NCBI RefSeq assembly: GCF_902713615.1 | Contig: NC_052154.1 | Location: 72,225,495-72,289,494 of the forward strand | Reading direction: 5' to 3' | Origin: Scyliorhinus canicula | Taxonomy: Eukaryota | Length of the DNA: 64,000 nt | Shown here: piece by piece, positions 23,621 through 36,261 of the stretch | Layout: each line of letters starts with the position of its first letter | Position numbering within the stretch: the stretch's first letter is position 1 | Notes under the pieces: model-generated | The model's database searches: none | Told to the model about the DNA's origin: nothing | The model's input: the letters and a program-made list of their open reading frames with translations, nothing else | Translations under genes and position numbers: made by a program

Positions 23621-25231
23621 ATAGTTGCCGTACTTGAGCAAAGCTCTTCTATTCCGTCTCAAAACAACACCTTCGTCCGTGAAAACAAGGTATGAGTTTG
23701 GACCTGCTGGTCGCAGTACCTTTGCCTGTTCAGACCATCCATTGCCTTTGGAATCTTCTACTCTCACCGTACCCTCTGGCCGTTGAAGCCTTTTGGCAGA
23801 CCTATCACGGAATCCCTTCTGCCTCTTTTTCTGAGAGGTCAATTGTCTCATCAATGAATGGTTCATGGGCTCAGTAGGAAAACGAGGTAGAGTCGTGCGT
23901 ACTTTCCTGTTCATTAACAGTTGAGCAGGCGCAAGGCCATTGACTAGCGGTGCCCAACGATAGCTGAAGAGCACAGGATATGTATCCTCATGACTGTCGA
24001 GTGCTTTCTTTGAGAGTTGTTTGACAATATGGACTCCCTTTTCAGCCTTGCTATTCGACTGAGGGTAATGCGGGCTGGAAGTTAACATGCCAGAAATCAT
24101 CCTGCCGCGTAAATTCCATCCATTCATCACAGTCAAAGCAAAGACCATTGTCGCTCATGACCACATCCAGAATGCCATGTCACGCAAAAATTTCCATGAC
24201 ATTTTTTATCAGACACCTTGCCGTTGAACTCGACAACTGCGCTATCTCTGGATAGTTTGAGAAATTGTCTATCACCAGAAAGTACTCCTTTCCATTGAAA
24301 TGGAAAAGGTCCATGCCAACCTTCTGCCACAGGATAGTGACTGTCTCGCCTATCTGCATATATTCCTTGCTCTGCTTGCGCTGAAATCATTGGCATATTT
24401 CACAGTTTCCCAGTTCCCAGGCCTATAGATGGTTCCCTGGTTCTCCTCTTGCACTTTTCCATCCTTAAGCGCCATTCATGTAACTTGACAAGGATCATTA
24501 ACCGCAGTGTCTGTGGAATCATGATCTGCTGATATCACAACAGAAATCCATTAACGTCACTTAATTCTACTCGAATGTTATAGAAATTCGAACATGATCC
24601 TTTGGCCCATCCTTCATGGATGTATTTTATCACTTTCTGTAACATTAGGTTCTTCTTAGTTTCTTCTCTAATGACCTTTGACTAGTCATCAGAGACTGGC
24701 AGAGGCTCTGTCACCATGCTTACATGGACATCGTCCATGGTCACCATGCTTCATCGAACTAAGTACTGGAGGCTCTGGAAAGCATGTCAGCCACAATAAG
24801 ATGTTTACTCGGCATGTACACCAACTCAAAATCGTACTGCTGCAACTTTATGAACATTCGTTGCTTGTCAACATCTCATTAAGATTTTTTTATGATGGCG
24901 ACCAATGGCCTGTGGTCAGTCTCCACAATAAAGGTTAGAAGCCTGTATACATAATCATGGAACGTCCTGAGCACATTAATGACCCTGAGACAGTCTTTTT
25001 CAATCTGTGCATAACGTTGTTCAGTGTTAGACATCACCCTGGACACATACGCCACTGGCAGCCAGTCTCTTCCCAGATTCTGCTGGAGCAGGACCACCCC
25101 TGAACCATTCTGTGATGCATCAGCTGAGATTTTTGTATTTTTGGTTGGGTCAAAAAAACGTGAGAACTGGCGCCATGGTGAGTGAAACCTGCAATGCCTG
25201 CCAGTCTTGTTCGTGCTTGCTGGACCACTGG

Positions 25232-25552
25232 AATAGAACATAGAGTGCAGGAGGAGCCATTCAGCCCATCGATTCTGCACCGACCCACTTAAGCCCCACA
25301 CTTCCACCCTATCCCCGTATCCCAATAACCCCTCCTAACCTTTTTGGACACTAAGGGCAATTTAGCATGGTCAATCCACCTAACCTGCATGTCTTTAGAC
25401 TGTGGGAGGAAACCGGAGGACCTGGAGGAAGCCCATGCAGACACGGGGAGAACGTGCAGACTCCGCACAGACAGTGACCCAGCGGGGATTTGAACCTGGG
25501 TCCCTGGCACTGTGAAGCGACAGTGCTAGCCACTTGTATTACGGTGCTGCCC
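25232..25552 (-). mobile_element. V-type SINE, long form
   Basis: Full-length reverse copy. Confidence 0.92.
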
Positions 25553-25591
25553 TGAATGTTACATCTTTCTTTATGGTCTCCCTCCGATGGT

Positions 25592-25925
25592 GGGCAGCAC
25601 GGTAGCATAATGGTTAGCACAGTTGCTTCACAGCTCCAGGTTCCCAGGTTCAATTCCCGGCTTGGGTCACTGTCTGTGTGGAGTCTGCACGTTCTCCCCG
25701 TGTCTGCATGGGTTTCCTCTGGGTGCTCCGGTTTCATCCTACAGTCGAAAGATGTGCGGGTTAGGTGGATTGACCATGCAAAATTGCCCTTAGTGTCCAA
25801 AAATATTAAGTGGGGTTACGGGGATAGGGTAGAGGCATGGGCTTGAGTAGGGTTCTCTTTCCAAGGGCTGGTGCAGACTCGATGGGCTGAATGGCCTCCT
25901 TCTGCACTGTAAATTCTATGATCTA
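25592..25925 (+). mobile_element. V-type SINE, long form
   Basis: Full-length copy, head-to-head with the previous one. Confidence 0.92.
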
Positions 25926-27254
25926 TGTGTTGTTTTGGCTGCCAAGTTGGGGGTGAGCTTGCCCACAAAATTGATCATGTCTGGCATTCTTGAATGCCTT
26001 TTATACCCAATTTGACATTTTGCCCTGTTTAATTTCAGCCCATTTCTTTGGATACTCTTTATGACCCTTAGCAGACGCTTATCATGTTCTTCTCGAGTCA
26101 ACCCCCGAACAATAATGTCATCTACGTACACACGGACCCCGGGATTCCTTCCTTCAACTATATGCTCTATGACATGATGGACTATCTCTGAAGCCGAGAT
26201 GATGTCAAATGGCATTCGTAAAAAACAATACCTCCCGAAGGGTGTGTTAAATGTGCACATTTTGGTGCTTTCTTTATCTAGCTTTGATTGCCAGAAGCCT
26301 TGTGACGTGCCCAATTTGCTGAAGAAGGTTGCTCCTGCCATTTCACACGTTAGCTCCTTCCTTTTCGGTATAAGGTAGTTTTCCCTTTTAGTAATAAGAT
26401 TCAAATCCTTCGGATTCATGCTGATTCATGCAAAAAGGAGAATCGCTCCTATCCTCCAGCTCTAGATTCTTCTCAATAGTCCCTCAGCAAACTGCAAAAC
26501 TCTTTGGAATAAACGTAAACTCAAATGGGAGGCTTTTTGTGGATCAGCAATATGAAGAGAGTTGGGTGGATTCCGTATAACTATCAGACCTCATAGAATC
26601 CCTACAGATCCATAGAATCCCTACAGTGCAGACGGAGGCCATTCGGCCATGGAATCCGCATTGACCTGCCGCTGAAAGAGCACCCTACCCAGGCCCACCT
26701 CCCCAACCCTATCCCCAGGCCTACTCTCCCACCCCATCCTCTTCTCAGTGATCATAACAAATCTAGCAATCTCTTAACGCAAAAGATGTTTTTTCTTTAA
26801 GTCAGCCCCAAGGGGAATTGTGGGGAGGGAAAGTACTGAGTGACACAACATCACCATGGAAGCACATCTATAATGGCCAAACTGTACTGGAAAACTAAAG
26901 GAAAATAAGGCAATATGCTGAAATATCAGTCACCTTCAAGTTGACCTTTTAAAAAGGAGTTTAAAAAATAGGAAAGGCCTATTTAAAAGCTATCCAAGTC
27001 TGTAAAGCAGTTGCCTGAATCATCAAAATCACTTAACAAGAATAGACAGCCTGGAAACCTAACATCCCGGGAGATGTATTTCAAACCAAACATGAACTGG
27101 AGTTGTTTTCTTTATACCAAGAGGCCCCAAGGGCTTATGTTAACAATAATTTTTTTTAATGAAACAGCCTACCAATCAGGAGCCAGTTTAATAAATTATT
27201 GAACATTCCTATTGCTGATGCTTTAACCCATCAACAATTCACATTAATTTAGTC

Positions 27255-27670
27255 TGTCAGCTGGGCTCATTTAGTAATTCTTCTACATCCAAATCAGTGG
27301 CTGTGGGTTCAAGGCCTATTCCAGGATATCAGGACAGAATCTAGGCTGCGACTGCCCTGCTTACTGCATTGTCAGCGAAAAGGTGTTTGATCCAAGATGC
27401 TAAATGGAGATTCCATCTCCTTGTTAAAGGCACAATTCAAAATAGAATGCACAGCATTCCAGTGTCTTGGCCAGCCTTCACCCCCACCCCCCCCCCAAAC
27501 TAACACAATCAGAAATAAATTAGTTTGTATTCTCTCCCATTGTTGTCTGTCAATTACTCAGTTGTGTCGTGATGAAATAGCAGTTTGTACTTTACAAATG
27601 ATTCACATTTTGTGTGAAACTTATTAAGGTGTATCAGAGAGATGTGGCAAGCCACGATGCAAATTCCAGG
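27255..27670 (+). mobile_element. Old Deu-domain-like SINE remnant
   Basis: gtgggttcaaggcctattccagga..ctgcattgtcag..gtgtcttggcca; related pieces at 31110-31330 (+) and 31420-31620 (-). Confidence 0.5.
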
Positions 27671-27739
27671 CTTTCCCTCAAATGATGCACTGATGTTCTA
27701 TCAACTTAACAGCCTTAGCCCGGAGTGGTAGTCATAATC

Positions 27740-28043
27740 GTAATCTTTATTAGTGTCACAAGTCGGCTTACATTAACACTGCAATGAAGTTACTGTGAAA
27801 ATCCTCTAGTCGCCACACTCCGGCGCCTGTTCGGGTACACAGAGGGAGAATTCAGAATGTCCAAATTACCTAACAGCACGTCTTTCGGGACTTGTGGGAG
27901 GAAACTGGAGTCCCCAGAGAAAACCCACACAGACATGGGGAGAATGTGCAGACTCCGCACAGCCAGTGACCCAGCAGGGAATCGAACCTGGGACCCTGGA
28001 GCTGTGAAGCAACAGTGCTAACCACTGTGCTACTACACCGCCC
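27740..28043 (-). mobile_element. V-type SINE carrying the family-B tail
   Basis: V-type head and central domain joined to gaacaggcgccggagtgtggcgactag..ttttcacagtaacttcattgcag..gtgacactaataaa. Confidence 0.88.
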
Positions 28044-29779
28044 ATCAGTGCACACGTGTTAATGTCGAAAACTAGAAAATGCTGATGAGCAGCTTCAATT
28101 GGAGCCCTGTAAATAGGCCTGCAACAAATCAAGATAAGGAATTAGGCCAGTAGTTCAATGAAATATGGCTTTCAGGTGATCTACATTGTAAATTGTCCAA
28201 TTTTCCATCACTTCTATTGCAGTGTGTAAATATCTTGCAGCTGCGATGTCTCAGAAGTTACAGAAAGGAGAATGTGGATGTTGTCAACATGAGGATTCAT
28301 TTCTGAGACGACATATAATTTTCCCCTGCCGCCCACACCTTTCCCATCCCCAACATTTTGATTGATAACACCTGACTGAAGTATATTTATTGGCACGGTT
28401 AGTGATTAGCACCGTGATTCTGATGCAAATCTCACATTAAATCTTTCTTTAAATGAAGTAAAACACACAATTTATCCAACATTCACTCCAACTGCAACTG
28501 TTTATTTTGTCCCCTGTGCCTCAGGAATTCCACAACTACACTGGCAGCAAGTGTCAAATAAAAGAAGTTAACATAACCATCCCCTTATCTCAGAAACCCA
28601 GTTGCAACCAATGTTGAAGAAAATATACCTTCACCTTAAACAATACCAGCAATCTCCAGAAAGTTCTTCTTCAGGAAATTAAGTAATGTTTTATTGACTA
28701 AATCCATAAATTGGACTCTCAGAAACCAACAGCTCATTTAAACGTTCCTGCCCGAGGTTTGCGTCCAGTGGGATAAATTAATCTTCAGATTTGTTCCATG
28801 TCTCACCCTACAACCTCCGTGGTTTTGATAGACTGAATGTCAATCTTCCAAATTCATTATCTGACTGGTTGATACTATCTGTAACGCCAGTATAAAAATA
28901 TTCTGATAAAACAATCTGACGAGTTGAAACGCTGACTGCCGCGAAGGATTTGTTGATCGGGTGAGATGGATTAGGAGGGGAAAGAGATTTGTGTGCAGCT
29001 TAATCATCAAAGTAGAACAGTTGAACCTATTTTCTATGTTGTGTGTTTTGGCTGGATAAGCTCGTTCAATGGGTGAAAAGGTACAGGTGAAATTCAACAC
29101 AAAAAAGTCTAGTTCAAAGATTAGATAAAATGAGTGGGAACGTGGAGCACACGTTACTAGAGGTCGCAGTGGGGAAAAGATTTTGTATTTTTGGTGGATA
29201 GATCATCAAAACCATTATTTCGGTGTTTGCAGGAAGTCGATGGAGCAAAGAATTATTTAGGGTGTATAGACCCAGATTGTCACCATGTCGGAGTGCCTCT
29301 CCATTGTGGTGAAAATGGCGGGAATGTCTGAAATTGGAAAGTCCCGCCCCCAGACAAGGTGCCGCCCATATTCGCAGGGGCGAGGATGGGGACGGTTCAC
29401 ATTTCATACATGTACGTCTTGCCACCTCCAGTGAAGCCAGATTTCAGTAGCCCAGAGGTTCAAACCCCAAAATGTACAGATTAGATCAGGGAAGAGTAGG
29501 TCTGACATTGTGGATGCATTTGGATAGCCTCCCGTTTGGAGAGTAAGGTATCCCTCTTGATCTGGTCCTGGGACACTTTTAGGGGAATTAGGTGCCATTT
29601 TGTGGACTCACATGCCCTCTGGAATTCTTAAAAGTAGACATGAATGTGCACAAAAGTGCATAAACTCATTAACTGTTAAGGTCATTGGTGCTATCAATAA
29701 TCTGTCAAAATCAACTGTTGAAACTGTGAAAAGCATCTGTCAAAGGGAATTATCTTACTATCAAAGCATTTAAAGTCTT

Positions 29780-29990
29780 GTTTATTCAAAAAACCCATCT
29801 GGTTTGCTAATGTCCTTCAGGGAAGGAAATCTGCCATCCTACTTCGTCTGGCCTGCACGTGACTCCAAATCCACAGCAACGTGATTGGCTTTTTAAAAAA
29901 TGGCATTCATGTTCAAGGGTAATTAGGGATGGGCAACAAATGCTGGCCTTGCCTGTGATGCCCACATTCCATGAAAGAATTTAAAAAATC
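29780..29990 (+). mobile_element. 3' half of tRNA-SINE with CR1-like tail
   Basis: aaaacccatctggtttgctaatgtcctt..gggatgggcaacaaatgctggccttgcc.. Confidence 0.7.
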
Positions 29991-31718
29991 TTTGCAAAAA
30001 ACTCAAGTATTATAAAAAAGAATTGATTGCTATTTCACTCTGTTTCTTGATGTAAGCCGGAGATCTTCCATTACTGGATTACTACTACAAGGACTGATTT
30101 CACAAGTGATATCACATTTTTATCACATCAATAATGCCATTGATATCTATAAGTGATTATAGATTCTTTGAAGTGGGATTATGAATTCCAATGCTTGTTG
30201 TTACAAAGGATTGTACACTTGAATGAAATGTTTGTTATTGCAAGGTTTATGCTGTTAAAGGAATGTAGATATAGTAAGTAGGCTTTTAGGATTTTTTTAA
30301 TATACTGAAATCTGCAATAGTACTTTAAACCTTCATTTTATCTAATCACTGCTTGGGTCCTGAGATCTGCCCATGGTGGATATTGGGTGAGCTGGATAGT
30401 GGTTGCAGGGGCAAAGGTTGGAAAACAATGGCGTGTGGGGAGGGAGGGTTGGAATGAGTTTGCACTAAGTTGATAGAGGAGTTATAAAGGGACACAAGGG
30501 TAGGGCACAGCAGCATTGGTTGGCATGGAGGGTGTGAGGGGCCATGGGAGTGGGTACATGGGTGTAGGTTGGTGCAGAGGATATAGGGATATGTTACCTG
30601 GGTGCCGAGTATGAGGCGTCATGGGAAGGCTGTGGTGGGTAAGGGAGTGTGAGGGCTGGAGGGAGGTTTAATGTTTAATTCTTTTTAAAACAACTGTTGG
30701 ACGCAGTGCCAGAGTCCTGAGGCAGACTTTCTGCCCAGCCTGCCTCCGCACCTGAAACCCTTCCCACTACTTGTGGTGTTGCCTGACCCAAACCCCTTGC
30801 ACCCATCCGAACCACACCACCCAGAATGAAAATCTGACATCCGAACAGCCATTTTAAAAATTTGTCTTTGCAGAGCCAGGAATTCTCCCAAATCTGCGCA
30901 TTTTCTTTGCGGATGAAGATGCAGACCCTGGTGAGAAGTGTGACTTAAAGAGATCCAATAACCGATTTCGAAACTGCATCTGACTGCTCTGAGTTTGCAC
31001 CTTGAGTGCCTTGGACACTATTACAAAATAGATGTAGAATTATTGAAGGAAGCTCAGAGGTGGGCTCCAAGTGTAATTCCTGAATGTGGGAACCAAGTTA
31101 AAATGAATGCTATTCTACCCATGGGCTTTAATCGGATAGTGTCCTGGTTACAATTTATCCCTCAGTCGACATCATTAGAAAAGATGAGCTGGTCAATATT
31201 TAATTGCTGATTGTAGGACTTTGCTGTACACCAATTAGCTGCCACACCTCCCACAACAGCAACATCACATCAAATAATGCTTTGCTAGTTGTAAAGCACT
31301 TTTAAATATCCTATTTAGGCAGCAATTTTTAAGAGGGTAAGAGAATTGGGGAACAGAAATTAATTGAGTGGCAGGGATTTTGCATACAATCGGGTGACTT
31401 CTGGTCAGATGGAAGGGAAAGACGTTGCATTCATTTCTTCTTTCAGGTCATCAGGACATGCCACTTGCTTCACAGCCAATGAATTGTTGGTTTTGAAGTC
31501 AGTCACTTGTTGTAATGCGACAAGCAATCTGCGTACAGTAATCTGAGCACTGAAATTGATGACTGGACACTCTGAGGGGAAACAACTTTCTGGTGTTCAC
31601 GCACATTACACATGAGTATCCAAGGTAATGAGATCCAGACTTATAGAGAGCTAGCTTTCCCTCATTGAAAATTCCAACAAGCGTTTTCAGGTATTTTGCT
31701 ACCTGTGGTAGTCACCAG

Positions 31719-31850
31719 TGATGTATTATACTGTAAATATATATGGGTTTGACGGTAAGGCCCCTGTACTACAGGTATGGGGGTAGATCCCTGCCTGCTG
31801 GCTCCGCCCAGTAGGCTGAGTATAAATGTGTGTGCTCTCCTAGGGTTGCG
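31719..31850 (+). mobile_element. Truncated LTR-like fragment
   Basis: TGATG start, GC box ctccgccc, TATAAAT; cut by the adjacent L1. Confidence 0.4.
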
Positions 31851-31854
31851 AGTC

Positions 31855-33762
31855 TGTCCCCCATGTAAAAGTCCCTGACCGCTAGCATCTCCCTGTCCTG
31901 TCTCCACTTCTTAAAAGTGATGACTAGCATGGCTGCTGGGAATCTGTGGTCACCACAGATGGAGCGATGGTGGACAATTCAGTTAAACCAAAGTGTTGTC
32001 TCATCTGGTTCCATGTTTTTAACGTTGCTCCCACCACCGATGTGTATTTTGCTGGGGTGAGGGATGGGAGCGCTACCGTAGCGAGAGCTCGGAGGGTTGT
32101 TCCCTTCCAGGAATACTCCTCCAGCCTCACCCATCCCTTGCTTGTTTCCCTTACCCATCCCCTCACTCTCAGCTGCGGCTGCCCAGTGGTAGTATTGTAA
32201 GTTCGGAAGGGCCAGGCCGCCCGTGTTTCTTCTCCTCTTCAGCGCAACCTTGGAGATTCTTAGATTCTTCCCCCCCCCACACACACACACTCACAGACAC
32301 ACAAATGGCATGATCATTTTATCTATGCTGTGGAAGAAGGAGATGAAGGACGTTATGCATCTAAACAGGAAGAGGAACATTGGCAGTACGTTTACCTTGA
32401 TCATCTGAACTCTCCGTGCCAGGGAAAGTGGGAGTACATCTCATCTCTGCAGGTCCTTTTTAACTTCCTCCGCCAGACTGGTCAGGTTCCACTTGTGGAT
32501 CCATGTCCAGTCATGGGCTCTCTGGGTCCCCATGTAGCGGAATTTGCTTTGGGCCAGTTTGAAAGGTAATCCATCCAGCTTCTTCCCTCCCCCCTTTGGG
32601 TTCACCGGGAGTACCTCGCTCTTACTCAGGTTCAGTATGCAGCCTGAGAAGGCCCCGGACTCTTCCGGGAGCTTCATGATTACCTTCAAGCCGTTCTGCA
32701 TGTCCGAGATGTAGAGGAGCAGGTCTTCCGCATAGAGTGAGACTCCGTGTTCTCTGTCCCCTCTTCGGATACTCTTACAGCAACGTGCATCTTGCAGAGT
32801 GATCACCAGAGATTTGATTGCCAGGGTGAACAAGAGCGGGGACAGCAGGAATCTCGGCCTTGTTCCTCTGTGCAGCTGGAAGTATTCAGAGCTGGTGGTG
32901 TTGGTCTGAACGCTCGTCTTGGGGGCGTTCTACAGGAGTTACACCCGTAAGGTGAACCCCGTTCCTAGCCCAAACCACTCCAGTCCCTCAATGAGGTACT
33001 TTGACTCTATCGAAGGCCTTTTCTGCAACCAGGGAGATGATCACCACTTGTGTTCTCTCCCCGGATGGAGTCAATATCACATTCCGCCGCCGTCTGATGT
33101 TCGCAGTTAGCTGTCTACCCTTGACAAAGCCCGTCTGGTCCTCTCCGACCATCTCTGGCAGTATTCCAGTTTCTTGGCCAGGACTTTCGCGAGTATTTTA
33201 TCATCTCACGTTGAGAAGCGAAATGAGTCTATATGAGTCGCATTCTGTCAGGTCTTTGTCTTTCTTGGGTATCAGCGACATTGTGGCGTGTTAGCGTAGG
33301 AGGCAGGGTGCCCCTTGCTCGCGAGTCTGCGAACATCTCCAATAAGTTCGGGGCCAGAGCTCGTACAAATTTTTGTAGAAGTTTGGCAGGAACCCATTAG
33401 GTCCCGGCTCCTTCCCTGCCTGCATGGAGTTGATGCTCTCCATGAACCCCCAGTCCAATTGATGCTTCCAGCTCCCTCAGTCTACAGTCCCGCACGACTG
33501 GCACGTCCAGTCCATCAAGGAATCGTTTAATCCCAAAGTCCCCGTCGGGGGGCTCGGAGGTGTACAGTCCCCAGTAGAAAGCCTCAAATGCTTGGTAGAC
33601 CTTAATTTGGTTTGGCTCCCAGTCAGCCTCTGCTATCGTCCACCTGTGCTATTTTCCCATGGCTGCCTACTTCCTCAGCTGGTGAGCCAACAGGCGGCTA
33701 GCCTTCTCTCTGTGTTCATAAAAAGTCCCTCTTGTCTGGCGGAGTTGGTGCACTGCCTTCCT
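31855..33762 (-). mobile_element. L1/Tx1-like LINE ORF2 fragment, decayed
   Basis: GGLALPNLQYYHWAA, SLYAEDLLLYI, GAFSG..LNLSKSE (ORFs 31979..32290, 32441..32833). Confidence 0.92.
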
Positions 33763-34536
33763 TGTTCTCATACTTGCTGAGTTAGCTTATCCTGCTAGTG
33801 TGGTGCTCCCCCCCCCCCCCCCCCCCCCCCATCCCAGGGCTGATCTTACCCCTTTCCTTGTGCCCGCTAGTTTGCTGTTCCCTCTGTCTCCTGCACTCCG
33901 CTGCCCTCGTCCTTTCCTGTGGTTTGACATTCCTTTTCAGAGTGAGGCAGTATTGTCCTGGACAGTGACCCAGGGCTGGGATCGAACCACTAACCACTGT
34001 GCCACCATAATAGATACAATTTTAAAGGGAGTACATCTGGCAGTATGCGTGCATACATTATTGAAGGTGAAAAAATGATAAGGTATATATGGGATCCTGA
34101 GCATATGGGATCCTGAGCATAGAGTACAAAACCAAGGAAGTTCCAATGAGCTTCACTGGTGTCCAATTCTAGGCACCACAACCTCAGAAGGGTGCAGAGG
34201 CATTAGAGTATGATAACGGTTCCAAGGATGAGGGGCATCAGTTACACAAGAACACAAAACAGGTGCTGAATAAACCATAAGCCAGTTGAGCCTGCTTCAC
34301 CATGCAATATGACCATCCACCTAAACTGCATGTTCCCGCCCAATACCTAGATTCCTGAAGGTCAAAAATCAGTCCATCTCAGCCTTAAACATATTCAATG
34401 ATGGAACAGCCACAACTTCCTGTGGCAGAGAATTCCAAAGGTTTGAGTGAAGAAATTTCTACTCACATCAGTCATAAATTATTGATATCTTATCCAGAGC
34501 AGTGTTCTCGATTCCCCAGCCAGGGGAAACCACCTG

Positions 34537-35020
34537 TGGCATGGTGGCACAGTGGTTAGTAGTTTGATCCTGGCCCCGGGACACTGTCTGTGTGGAGTTT
34601 GCACATTCCCCCCTGATGTGCCATCAATTGCACAAGAGAAGAGTTTCTATACAAAAGTTAGGCTTTAATAAGCTAGAACTTAGCCCTGCGGTTGTCTACA
34701 ATAAAATGGACGACCGCCAGGCGCTGCGACTATTTATACCTCGGTAAGGAGGCGTGGTTAACTCAGCCTCTCGACCAATCGGAGAGCTGTCACATGACTG
34801 GTCTCAACCAATTGGTCGAGTGGCACATGACCGACCAGGGCCAATGGTAAGCCGGTGTTCTGCACCAATGGCAGACAGCTATGCAAATCATATCACCAAC
34901 CCCCGTGTCTGCATGGGTCTGACCCCCCCCCCCACAACCCAAAAGATGTGGTTAGGTGTATACCACGCTAAATTGCCCATTAATTGGGAGGGGAAATGAA
35001 TTGTGTACTTTAAACATTTT
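34537..35020 (+). mobile_element. V-type SINE, short form, split by a solo LTR
   Basis: SINE reads ..gcacattccc[insert]ccccgtgtctgc.. Confidence 0.85.
34614..34898 (-). mobile_element. Solo LTR inside a SINE
   Basis: TG...CA ends; near-perfect 5-bp TSD (ccccc/acccc); minus-strand TATAAATA 34731-34738 and ATTAAA ~34664. Confidence 0.8.
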
Positions 35021-35038
35021 AAAAGGGATTGCATCTAC

Positions 35039-35200
35039 AGGGCTGGTTTCACACAGTGGGCTAAGTAATGCAGAACAAGACTGGCAGTGCAGGTTCAATT
35101 CCGTTCCAGCCTCCCTGAACAGATGCCAGAATGTGGTGACTAGGGGCTTTTCACAGTAACTTCATTGACGCCTACTTGTGACAATAAGTGATTATCATCA
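35039..35200 (+). mobile_element. tRNA-derived SINE family B, variant
   Basis: ggggctggtttcacacagtgggct..ccagaatgtggtgactaggggcttttcacagtaac. Confidence 0.82.
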
Positions 35201-35797
35201 GTGTCTACCATGTCGAGCCCTTTCAAAAACTTCTTACAATGATATTACACCATTCTTCTGAACTCCAGATTATAGGAGCAATGTATTGAGCCTCTCATCG
35301 CAGGTACCAATTTAGTGAACACTCACTGCGCTGTCTCCAATAAAAGTACTTCTTTCCTGAATCTGGCAGATTGTACTCCTTAAATGGGGAAAATCCCTCG
35401 AAACATTCATATATACAGGTTTTCACACCTTATGAAAAAAGGTTTCCCTTATTTCCAAGGTGAATAGCATCACATTCCCTATATGATACTCCATCTGTCA
35501 CTTTGTTTTCCATTCATGCATCCCATCTATATCTTTCACAACCTTTCAGAAGCTTGTATGCAACAATGATGTTATGTATTGGCCCAATTAGGCCATTAAT
35601 TTGGATTGCAGAGGCACTCCACAAGTCACAGCCTGTCAACTTGAAAATGCCTCATTATTCCCTACACTCTGCTTCCTGGCTGTTAACAAATCCTTTTCCA
35701 TGTTAATATATCATCACCCAACTCCATGAGCCCTCATCATGTGTACTAACCTTTTGCATGGCACCTTCTTGAATGCCTTTTGGAAATACAAGTGCTC

Positions 35798-36005
35798 TGG
35801 GCAGCACGGTAGCAGTGGTTAGCACTGCTGCCTCATAGCGCCGAGGACCAGTGTTCAATCCCGACCCTAGGTCATTGATGAAGTTTGCACATTCTCCCAG
35901 TATGTGCTTAGGTCTTACCCCCACAACCCAAAGAAGTGAATCGGCTATGCTAAATTACACCTTAATTGGAAAACAAATTGGGCACTTTTAAATTTAAAAA
36001 AAGGA
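35798..36005 (+). mobile_element. V-type SINE, short form
   Basis: TSD ggaaatacaagtgc / ggaaatcaagtgc. Confidence 0.85.
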
Positions 36006-36081
36006 AATCAAGTGCATTGCATCTACTGGTTCTCCTTTATCTACCCTCCAAAACAAATACAATTTCCCCTCCGTTAGATGT

Positions 36082-36205
36082 GGGCTGGATTCTTCTACCC
36101 ACCTGCCGCAAGATCACCACGAGCGGGATGCGGACCGTGTAAAGTCCCATTGATGACACTGGCAATTTCCGGTCGGCAGTCACACATGGCTGGAGAATCC
36201 CGCCC
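36082..36205. mobile_element. Small Harbinger-like MITE
   Basis: GGGCTGGATTCT / AGAATCCCGCCC termini. Confidence 0.7.
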
Positions 36206-36261
36206 AATGTTGACTTTGTGTGATCCATGTTATGATTTAGGTGGATTAAGACTCACTTTAT

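Larger units (their letters stand above)
23014..26430 (-). mobile_element. Gypsy internal region (RT-RNase H-integrase), decayed and 5' truncated
   Basis: RT: TFNTPFGRY, YVDDII (25916..26419); RNase H: DASQNG, QRYAQIEKD, ETDHRPL; integrase: SSPHYPQSNSKAEKGV; domain order RT-RH-IN. Confidence 0.93.

Noticed and set aside
34087-34121. 16-bp tandem duplication (atatgggatcctgagc x2) and the 23-bp units at ~46118-46170 as CRISPR-like arrays
   Set aside because: These are simple head-to-tail duplications with no spacers, in eukaryotic DNA.
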